Below are positions 17,746 to 24,551 of a stretch of 24,551 nucleotides of DNA, piece after piece. Numbering within the stretch: the first letter of the stretch is position 1; every line of letters begins with the position of its first letter. A program made the position numbers and the translations under genes. This DNA is from a virus (taxonomy: Duplodnaviria > Heunggongvirae > Uroviricota > Caudoviricetes). The stretch lies in IMG/VR virus record IMGVR_UViG_2545824713_000005; one strand, given 5' to 3'. The notes under the pieces were generated by a model, which saw only the letters and a program-made list of their open reading frames with translations, ran no database searches and was not told where the DNA came from.

Positions 17746-19748
17746 TGAAAGTAACTGCAAACGGTAAGACATTTACCTTTCCTGATGGTACGAGCACCGA
17801 AGATATTGGCACCGCCATTGATGAGTATTTTGCTGGTCAGTCAGCACCAACACAACAAGGTGTTCAGCAATCGCCAGCAGACAACTCACTTGCATCAGGA
17901 TATGCACAGCTTGCCACTCAGCAGAAGGAAGGACTAGATCGCTCTGCTGAGCAAGGGGCTGTTTTAGGTGCTGCAATGCGCGATGCCGTTACCGGTGAAA
18001 GCCGAATGACACCAGAAATGGAGAGACTGCAAAATGTTGGGTCTGCTCCAGAGCTTAATAGCTTAAGCACTGATGCGCTGCGTGCTGGATTGGGGCAGCT
18101 ATTTGGTTCCGACGCTTCACAGGAGAAAATACTGCAAAGTATTGGCGGGAAAATCCGGAAGGATGAGAAGGGAAATTCCATAGTCACCCTTCCTTCAGGG
18201 GAATATGCACTTAACAAGCCTGGTTTGTCACCGCAGGATATAACGTCATTCTTGGCAAATGCTCTTGCATTCACTCCAGCAGGTAGAGCTGCGTCTGTTG
18301 TAGGTGCAACACTAAAATCAGGCGCTACTGATTTAGCTTTACAGGGTGCCACTAAGATCGCTGGCGGTGAGAATGTTAATCCAGTTCAAACTGCAATTTC
18401 TGCTGGTCTTGGTGGGGTACTAAAGGGTGTAGAAAACACCGCAAGCGCAGTGTCTCGTTCTGCTATGGGTAAGATTGCTCCTGAAAAACAAGCTCAGATT
18501 GACTTTGCCAAGCAGAACAACTTGCCACTGATGACAACAGATCTTGTGGAACCGGGAACAAATATTGGTAAGCAAGCACGAGCTATGGCTGAGCGAATCC
18601 CAATAGCCGGAACAGGTGGGATAAGAAATGCACAGCAAAAGGCCAGGGAAGATTTAGTTAGAACATTTAGCGATAATGTTGGTGGAATATCTGACGCACA
18701 ACTTTACCAATCAGCTACTCGTGGTCAGCAGCAATTTATTCAGGCTGCTGGCAAGCGGTACGACAGGATCATCAGTTTGATGGGGGATACTCCTGTTGAC
18801 ATCACTGGAACAGTGAAAGCAATTGATGAGCAGATTTCCAAGTTAACTCGCCCAGGAGTATCGCAAGACCGCTCAGCTGTTTCTGTCCTTCAACAGTTTA
18901 GAAATGACATCACCAGCGGTCCAAATAACCTGCAATTAGCTAGAGAAAACCGTACAAACTTACGTAAGCGCTTTATGGCAGCACCTGACGAGGTCGATAG
19001 AGATACGCTGGAGAAAGCTGCGCAGTCTGTTTATAACGCATACACAACAGACATGAAAAAAGCGGTTGGCGCAAAACTAGGTGCGAAGGAAGCGCAAAAC
19101 ATGTCGCGTGTTGATCGTTCTTGGGCAAAGTTCAACGACATGATGAGCAATACACGTGTCCAAAAAGCTATTCAGAGTGGTAAAACAACGCCAGAAGATG
19201 TCACTAAACTAGTATTCAGCCAAAGCCCAGCGGAAAGGGCGCAACTTTATCGATTGCTTGATGATAGTGGGCGTCAAAATGCTAGAGCAGCACTTGTTCA
19301 GCGTGCAATGGATAAGGCGACAAGCGATTCAGGAAAGCTTAGCGTTGAGAAGTTTATTAATGAAATGAAAAGGAATCGGAAGCAGGCTGAGACGTTCTTC
19401 AGAGGAGAGCATGGGAAACAGCTTGATGGGATAATGAAATATCTTGATTCCACTAGACAGGCAGCTACTGCTGCCGCAAGCCCACTAACAGGGCAAATGG
19501 TAGCTGGTCCAGCAGCGCTGATAACAGCTCTTGCGTCTGTTACAAATCCAATGTTTGCAAAAGTTGCGGCAGTTGGAGCTGGTATCGGTATGGCTGGCAG
19601 GGGCTATGAGTCACGCGCGATGAGGAACGCATTACTAAAGTTAGCAAACACGCCAAAAGGAAGTACTGCTTATGATAGAGCGATCAGACGGGTATCTGAA
19701 ACTCTTACACCTCTAATTCAGGCTTCAAGTGAGCAAGCCCAGCAGTAA
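17742..19748 (+). CDS. Ejection protein, P22 gp16-like (668 aa)
   Basis: Large A/G/Q-rich protein after the gp20 homolog; ATGA overlap with gp20 stop. Confidence 0.7.
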   Translation: MMKVTANGKTFTFPDGTSTEDIGTAIDEYFAGQSAPTQQGVQQSPADNSLASGYAQLATQQKEGLDRSAEQGAVLGAAMRDAVTGESRMTPEMERLQNVGSAPELNSLSTDALRAGLGQLFGSDASQEKILQSIGGKIRKDEKGNSIVTLPSGEYALNKPGLSPQDITSFLANALAFTPAGRAASVVGATLKSGATDLALQGATKIAGGENVNPVQTAISAGLGGVLKGVENTASAVSRSAMGKIAPEKQAQIDFAKQNNLPLMTTDLVEPGTNIGKQARAMAERIPIAGTGGIRNAQQKAREDLVRTFSDNVGGISDAQLYQSATRGQQQFIQAAGKRYDRIISLMGDTPVDITGTVKAIDEQISKLTRPGVSQDRSAVSVLQQFRNDITSGPNNLQLARENRTNLRKRFMAAPDEVDRDTLEKAAQSVYNAYTTDMKKAVGAKLGAKEAQNMSRVDRSWAKFNDMMSNTRVQKAIQSGKTTPEDVTKLVFSQSPAERAQLYRLLDDSGRQNARAALVQRAMDKATSDSGKLSVEKFINEMKRNRKQAETFFRGEHGKQLDGIMKYLDSTRQAATAAASPLTGQMVAGPAALITALASVTNPMFAKVAAVGAGIGMAGRGYESRAMRNALLKLANTPKGSTAYDRAIRRVSETLTPLIQASSEQAQQ

Positions 19749-19756
19749 AAAGTTGG

Positions 19757-20077
19757 TTAGCGGTTGATGGTTGCTTTTTTCGGGTCATACCATCTCGGCC
19801 ATTCTTTCAGGAATGGGAATGAGTCGGGAGCGTGGTTCTTTTTGTACGATTTAAGCAGCCTTAACCGCTCAATCGCACACTCATAAACCTCTTGTTGCCC
19901 TGTAGTCATCTCGGTCCATGAAAGGTGATCCATTGATAAGACAACGTTTTCAGCTTCTTTTATGAGGGCGTTTTTATTTCTCACCGCAGCAGCATGGCTG
20001 ACAGAGCAATCCTGCCATATTCTTAAAAGCCAAATAGCTAAGCAGATGAAAAAAATGGTAGAGAGCGATATGTACAT
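19757..20077 (-). CDS. Hypothetical single-pass membrane protein (106 aa), last gene of the mnt-side leftward cluster
   Basis: MYISLSTIFFICLAIWLLRIWQD... N-terminal TM helix; AAGGAG RBS; AT-rich codon usage unlike the flanking structural genes; convergent with gp16, 8 bp apart. Confidence 0.55.
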   Translation of the reverse strand: MYISLSTIFFICLAIWLLRIWQDCSVSHAAAVRNKNALIKEAENVVLSMDHLSWTEMTTGQQEVYECAIERLRLLKSYKKNHAPDSFPFLKEWPRWYDPKKATINR

Positions 20078-20157
20078 GCCGATCTCCTTAGATTTATCAA
20101 TGCTGCATGATTTTCAACAGACATCAATCATGCAGCTATAGGTAATAAATCAAGAAA

Positions 20158-20658
20158 CTATTGAGAACGTTTGTCTTTTTGAGACTCTAATATAGCCAAT
20201 ACCTTATAAAGAGATTGGTTTGTTGAGTCTAATTTTTGATCAGTGTTATCAATCCTTGACTGTAATACTGATTGGTTGTTTTGGATAGTAGCCATTATCT
20301 CTGCCTTACTGGTTTGGATGTTTCCTGTTAGCTCTTGTCGTGATGATTCAACTTTATCATCTATAGTGCCTCGAATCGTCCATGTGGCGGCAACGATAGA
20401 ACCAATGATAGCAACTGCAACCCCGTATAGCTCTAAACGTTTCACGGTATCACGACCTTCTTCTTTGTGTTGCTCTTCTTGTAGGCTAAATATTTGTGGT
20501 TCCTTTGACGGATTTCTGTCAGTTGGTCTGTAATACTCTGAATATTTAGCGTTTTCTATTGAACTCCATAACGATTTGTCAAAGTCAAGGTTTTCATGTT
20601 GGCTTTGAGCATCTCCATAAATACTAGGTGATTTATTGTGAACATGTTGGTCAAACAT
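20158..20658 (-). CDS. Hypothetical membrane protein (about 166-170 aa) with central TM helix and C-terminal coiled-coil-like region; possible SieA-type exclusion protein
   Basis: Track ORF 20158-20670 begins at a GTG; I favour the ATG at 20658 with GGAG RBS. Central TM segment LYGVAVAIIGSIVAATWTI; start region overlaps the stop of the upstream Cys4 gene. Confidence 0.5.
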   Translation of the reverse strand: MFDQHVHNKSPSIYGDAQSQHENLDFDKSLWSSIENAKYSEYYRPTDRNPSKEPQIFSLQEEQHKEEGRDTVKRLELYGVAVAIIGSIVAATWTIRGTIDDKVESSRQELTGNIQTSKAEIMATIQNNQSVLQSRIDNTDQKLDSTNQSLYKVLAILESQKDKRSQ

Positions 20659-20998
20659 TATCTCCATCACCCTTTACGAATTTTCCAGAAGAGATATTTT
20701 CACTAACTTTGTTTAAACTAAAAAAGTGGAAGAAACCGCAAGTGGTGCATTGCATGGCTACCATGTTAAGACTATCGTTGCTATAAGTATCTTGATTAAC
20801 AGGATTATTAGGCAAGCTTTTACCTGGTATGGATGGGCCTATAACTTCAACACCATCATCTTTTTTAAGATGCTCAGGTGCTAAAAGAGTCCAGTTTGTA
20901 TTGCTGCATATTGGGCATACATAAGTTTTTTTGAATGAAGTCAAGTAATTACTAAAAGACTCAAAAGTAACTTTTAAGTATTGCTCCTTACTGCTCAT
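20651..20998 (-). CDS. Hypothetical Cys4 (zinc-ribbon-like) protein (115 aa), translationally coupled to mnt
   Basis: CPIC...(52 aa)...CTTCG motif; ATG overlaps the mnt stop (TAATG on minus strand); AT-rich. Confidence 0.5.
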   Translation of the reverse strand: MSSKEQYLKVTFESFSNYLTSFKKTYVCPICSNTNWTLLAPEHLKKDDGVEVIGPSIPGKSLPNNPVNQDTYSNDSLNMVAMQCTTCGFFHFFSLNKVSENISSGKFVKGDGDNV

Positions 20999-21237
20999 TA
21001 TTGGCCTCGAATCTTCTTAAGTACGCTAATTGCAATATCCATTGCTTCCTTCTCTGTTTTTGTGAGATCTTGAGATGTCGATGGTATGACCTTTTCTCTG
21101 TTAATCTTAATCCATAGCTGTATTGCAGCTATGATTTCAGCATTGATAGAGCGCCTGTTTGTTGCCGCAATGTGAGTAAGCTGCTGCTTGATTTCACTTG
21201 GCATTCTTACGTTAAATTGTGGATCGTTTCTAGCCAC
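20998..21237 (-). CDS. mnt: Mnt-like ribbon-helix-helix repressor (immI maintenance repressor)
   Basis: MARNDPQFNVRMPSEIKQQL... resembles the recalled P22 Mnt N-terminus (MARDDPHFNFRMP...); GTG start with AGGAGA RBS; divergent from arc. Confidence 0.85.
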   Translation of the reverse strand: MARNDPQFNVRMPSEIKQQLTHIAATNRRSINAEIIAAIQLWIKINREKVIPSTSQDLTKTEKEAMDIAISVLKKIRGQ

Positions 21238-21330
21238 GTCGCTCTCCTGTTATTTGTTGACATGCTAGAACGGTAGTAGTACGCTTTCAATAGTAGTACG
21301 GTGCTATCATTTAATGGAATGGAGTGGAAT
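21238..21330. promoter_or_regulatory. Divergent overlapping Pmnt / Pant promoter-operator region
   Basis: Plus strand TTGACA at 21257-21262 (Pant -35); on the minus strand -35 TTGAAA (21285-21290) and -10 TAGCAT (21262-21267) with 17-bp spacing (Pmnt); two direct copies of TAGTAGTACG at 21274-21283 and 21291-21300. Confidence 0.5.
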
Positions 21331-21492
21331 ATGCAAGGCGCAAGAAAAATGCCGCAGTTCAATTTGCGGTGGCCTAAAGAAGTATTGGATTTGGTACGCA
21401 AGGTGGCGGAAGAGAATGGTCGGTCTGTTAACTCTGAGATTTATCAGAGAGTAATGGACAGCTTTAAGAAGGAAGGGCGCATTGGCGCGTAA
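21331..21492 (+). CDS. arc: Arc ribbon-helix-helix repressor (53 aa)
   Basis: [53 protein letters not shown], near-identical to the recalled P22 Arc; start is the internal ATG with GGAG RBS inside track ORF 21301-21492. Confidence 0.9.
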   Translation: MQGARKMPQFNLRWPKEVLDLVRKVAEENGRSVNSEIYQRVMDSFKKEGRIGA

Positions 21493-21494
21493 AG

Positions 21495-21565
21495 TTGAAG
21501 CCCCAACTGCGGGAACAGTCAGGGCTTCGGTTGTCGGTAAATTCGTGGAGAAAAACCAACATGAA
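21495..21565 (-). ncRNA. Candidate sar-like antisense RNA covering the arc-ant intercistronic region and ant RBS
   Basis: By analogy with P22 immI: minus-strand TATACT -10 overlapping the ant start, and hairpin GAAGCCC...GGGCTTC at about 21503-21532. Ends not determined. Confidence 0.3.
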
Positions 21566-22496
21566 TAGTATAGCAATTTTAGAAGCAGTGAACACCTCTT
21601 ACGTGCCTTTCAATGGTCAGCAGATTTTAACCGCTGTGGCTGCCGGAGTGACTTATGTAGCGATGCGTCAAATTGTGGAAAACATTGGTATCGACTGGAC
21701 TGGTCAATCTGTTAAGTTGCGTAAAATGAAGGACAAATTCAACTGTAGAGATATCTCTATGGTTGCTGCTGATGGCAAGTTACGTAAGCTTTTATGCATC
21801 CCGCTGAAGAAGTTAAATGGATGGCTGTTCAGCATCAACCCTGAGAAAGTTCGTGCTGACATCCGTGATAAACTGATTCAGTACCAGGAAGAATGCTTTA
21901 GCGTGCTGCATGACTACTGGACTAAAGGTCATGTAGTTAACCCACGCAAAGCTAAAAAGGCGTTGCCGGGTAAAATCACCACTGAACAGCAGGAAGCCAT
22001 TAAACAACTCGTCATGAGTCGCGGTCAGTCTCTGCCAAAAGAAAAACAGGCTAAGGCGATGATCACCATGTGGTCGTCACTGAAATCCCATTTTGGATGT
22101 TCGTACAAAGAAATCAGTGAGGAGCAGTTTACCGAAGCACTATCACTTGCAGCTCGAGTTCCACTTGAAGGTGAGTTCATTGGCAAACAAGAGAAGAAAA
22201 CCAACGAGCTTTCTGCAAAAGAAGCAAACAGCCTTGTATGGTTATGGGATTATGCTAACCGCTCACAGGCATTATTCCGCGAACTGTATCCGGCATTAAA
22301 ACAAATTCAATCGAACTATTCCGGCAGATGCTACGACTACGGTCATGAATTCTCGTATGTTATCGGAATGGCGAGAGACGTTTTAATCAATCACACACGC
22401 GATGTTGATATCAATGAGCCAGACGGACCAACGAATCTTTCCGCATGGATGAGACTTAAGAATAAAGAATTACCTCCTTCAGTACATAACTACTGA
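21561..22496 (+). CDS. ant: Antirepressor Ant (311 aa)
   Basis: Start at [21 protein letters not shown]... with GGAG RBS (track ORF begins earlier at 21495); immediately downstream of arc as in P22 immI. Confidence 0.8.
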   Translation: MNSIAILEAVNTSYVPFNGQQILTAVAAGVTYVAMRQIVENIGIDWTGQSVKLRKMKDKFNCRDISMVAADGKLRKLLCIPLKKLNGWLFSINPEKVRADIRDKLIQYQEECFSVLHDYWTKGHVVNPRKAKKALPGKITTEQQEAIKQLVMSRGQSLPKEKQAKAMITMWSSLKSHFGCSYKEISEEQFTEALSLAARVPLEGEFIGKQEKKTNELSAKEANSLVWLWDYANRSQALFRELYPALKQIQSNYSGRCYDYGHEFSYVIGMARDVLINHTRDVDINEPDGPTNLSAWMRLKNKELPPSVHNY

Positions 22497-22513
22497 CAGA
22501 TAACCAACGCGAC

Positions 22514-22540
22514 AACCCAGCTTCGGCTGGGTTTTTTTAT
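22514..22540 (+). terminator. Intrinsic terminator after ant
   Basis: CCCAGC-TTCG-GCTGGG hairpin followed by TTTTTTT. Confidence 0.6.
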
Positions 22541-22596
22541 GCCCAAAATTCACCGTAGCCATGCTGCGGCGATTCCTTGTATCTGGAGCAAATTAA

Positions 22597-24411
22597 ATGA
22601 CAGACATTACAGCCAATGTGATCGTATCGATGCCTTCGCAACTTTTCACTATGGCGCGTTCTTTTAAAGCCGTAGCCAATGGCGAAATTTATATCGGGAA
22701 AATTGACACTGACCCGGTAAATCCTGAAAACCGGATTCAGGTTTATGTAGAGAATGAAGACGGTTCTCATGTTCCTGTTTCGCAACCAATAATCATTAAC
22801 GCTGCTGGTTACCCTGTATATAACGGACAGATTGCCAAGTTCGTAACTGTGCAAGGCCATTCTATGGCTGTTTATGATGCATATGGTGCACAGCAGTTCT
22901 ATTTTCCGAATGTTCTTAAATATGATCCTGATCAGCTTAAAGTATCTCTATCAGGGGAAGACGGTCTTAAATACATCGGGACATGCCCTGATATAGCAAT
23001 GTTAAGGACAATTGAGCCTGAGCGAGATCAGCAAAAGATTTTCGTCGACTTCCACACTACAGGCATGAAGCCGACAGTATCAGGTGATACTGGTGGTGGT
23101 CTGTTTGTGGCCGATTTCACAGATTCTACTTCTGCAGATGATAACGGCATGGTCATTGTCACTGCGGGTGGTAAACGCTGGAAACGTGATCTTCAAGGTA
23201 AGGGGTACGTAACACCACGTATGTTTGGAGCGTGGATGGATGCTCCATATATTGACTGGAGTACTATTCAGGCCACAGGGTATCCTAGAGCGCCAAGCAT
23301 GGGTGGCGTTGATTTAACAGGTGTAACAAATGATGGATTAGCACTTAATAAAGCTTATCTAACTAAGCTTCCTGTTTTCATAGACCAGCCTATATATATT
23401 GGTAACACTCAAATTGACATTAGCCAGTTTAGATGGGAAGGGATTAGTCTAAATCTATATGGGATTAATCCACAAAAAAGTATTGTTTATACATCAGGAA
23501 GTGGTGGTTTTGTTATGGGAAGTTGGGGGCACAATCTTAAAGTAAAGAATATGTGTTTTCGCAACGCTGACGATGAATATTCAGGTAGCCCATTGGTCAT
23601 TTCTGGTCAAACACAAACTTTTGGCGGTGGTAGTGAATATGATATTAAAAATAACATATTTCTACATTATAAATTTGCACTTCCCTTATCATGCTTTGTC
23701 AGTAATGTTACAAACAACCAAGCATATGATTGTATCTATGGTTTCGGTTTGGCTGGCACATCTACTACATTCTCTTCCAACTGGGCAAGGCATTGTGACT
23801 ACGGATATCTGTGGGGCGCGGCTATTGATAGAACAACATATGATCCGGTGAACAGTCCTTACCCATTGATGTATGTTAAGGCCACAAATATCGCGTCGGA
23901 TGGATGTAAATTACCACATAAGTTCTATCAATTTAGATCTTTAAGTATTGATGGTCTAGGTATTGAGGGTGTCACAGGAGATCATTGCTTAGATTTTACA
24001 GATATAGTTCAGCAGGATGCTACTTCGCTAATGGAGTTGTCAAATATCTCATGCGATCTTAAGGAAGACAATGCGGTAGGTGTGACGCACTTCATATCAT
24101 TGCCAACTAATGAACAGAATGGACCAACACAAGTTAGGATATCATCTGGATATGTTCGGGCACACAAAGGGATTACCCTTCTTAAGAATACATCTGACGA
24201 GTTAAGCCAGTATCAATGCCGTGGGTTTGATATTTGTGATGGGTTCAAATTCATAAAGCAAACAAGCGGTAGTTCTATCGCTGATGACTACGTTAGAGGG
24301 AGTAAATATCATTCAAGATTCTATGGTGAACATACAGGTATTGGTTATCAGACAGGCTCTAATGGCACTAAACTTTCAGCATTACATCAGGCATCTAGAC
24401 TGGCCCCCTGA
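22597..24411 (+). CDS. Tailspike protein: P22 gp9-like N-terminal head-binding domain plus divergent receptor-binding domain; 3' end interrupted by IS2 (last 5 codons and stop are IS-derived)
   Basis: First ~115 aa ([43 protein letters not shown]...NVLKYDPDQ) resemble the recalled P22 tailspike N-terminus; remainder is AT-rich and unrelated to it. ORF ends ...[10 protein letters not shown], where SRLAP-stop is encoded by TCTAGACTGGCCCCCTGA, the IS2 terminus. Confidence 0.8.
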   Translation: MTDITANVIVSMPSQLFTMARSFKAVANGEIYIGKIDTDPVNPENRIQVYVENEDGSHVPVSQPIIINAAGYPVYNGQIAKFVTVQGHSMAVYDAYGAQQFYFPNVLKYDPDQLKVSLSGEDGLKYIGTCPDIAMLRTIEPERDQQKIFVDFHTTGMKPTVSGDTGGGLFVADFTDSTSADDNGMVIVTAGGKRWKRDLQGKGYVTPRMFGAWMDAPYIDWSTIQATGYPRAPSMGGVDLTGVTNDGLALNKAYLTKLPVFIDQPIYIGNTQIDISQFRWEGISLNLYGINPQKSIVYTSGSGGFVMGSWGHNLKVKNMCFRNADDEYSGSPLVISGQTQTFGGGSEYDIKNNIFLHYKFALPLSCFVSNVTNNQAYDCIYGFGLAGTSTTFSSNWARHCDYGYLWGAAIDRTTYDPVNSPYPLMYVKATNIASDGCKLPHKFYQFRSLSIDGLGIEGVTGDHCLDFTDIVQQDATSLMELSNISCDLKEDNAVGVTHFISLPTNEQNGPTQVRISSGYVRAHKGITLLKNTSDELSQYQCRGFDICDGFKFIKQTSGSSIADDYVRGSKYHSRFYGEHTGIGYQTGSNGTKLSALHQASRLAP

Positions 24412-24551
24412 ATCTCCAGACAACCAATATCACTTAAATAAGTGATAGTCTTAATACTAGTTTTTAGACTAGTCATTGGAGAGCAGATGATTGATGTCTT
24501 AGGACCGGAGAAACGCAGACGGCGTACTACACAGGAAAAGATCGCTATTGT
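24396..24551 (+). mobile_element. IS2 left end (IRL and start of orfA), continues beyond window
   Basis: TAGACTGGCCCCCTGAATCTCCAGACAACCAATATCACTTAAATAAGTGATAG... matches my recollection of the IS2 left terminal repeat region, followed by the InsC start. Confidence 0.75.
24487..24551 (+). CDS. insC: IS2 OrfA (InsC) N-terminal fragment, truncated by window end
   Basis: ATG with GGAGAG RBS; translation [22 protein letters not shown] matches the recalled IS2 InsC N-terminus. Confidence 0.75.

Noticed and set aside
22537-22860. 107-aa minus-strand ORF overlapping the tailspike 5' end
   Set aside because: Antisense to the highly conserved tailspike head-binding domain and spans the ant terminator; spurious.
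1-24551. Search for CRISPR arrays, tRNA/tmRNA genes and attachment sites
   Set aside because: No regularly spaced direct repeats, no cloverleaf-like segments in intergenic regions, and no integrase or att core found; both prophage ends in the window are IS-associated instead.

Overview
This window is the late half of a mosaic lambdoid/P22-like prophage of an Escherichia/Shigella-type host, bracketed by insertion sequences. It opens with the 3' end of an IS3-family (rve) transposase (3-176), then a DLP12-like nin/Q segment (ybcN, ninE, ybcO, rusA, ylcG, quuD; 530-2403). An intact NmpC/Lc-type porin gene sits on the opposite strand (2592-3674), followed by a phage-21-type lysis cassette (pinholin, SAR endolysin, nested Rz/Rz1; 4262-5438). 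A P22/Sf6-like morphogenesis block runs 6065-19748 (small and large terminase, portal, scaffold, coat, gp4/gp10/gp26 tail proteins, gp14/gp7/gp20/gp16 ejection proteins). Next is an immI-type region (19757-22496) with mnt on the minus strand and arc and ant on the plus strand. Downstream of mnt and apparently co-transcribed with it are three AT-rich small genes (a Cys4 protein and two single-pass membrane proteins); this is my best candidate for an undescribed superinfection-exclusion or defence module. The window ends with a tailspike gene (22597-24411) whose 3' end is interrupted by an IS2 left end (from about 24396). All protein identities are from reading the translations and recalled family knowledge, not database searches. 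No tRNA, rRNA or CRISPR array was seen.
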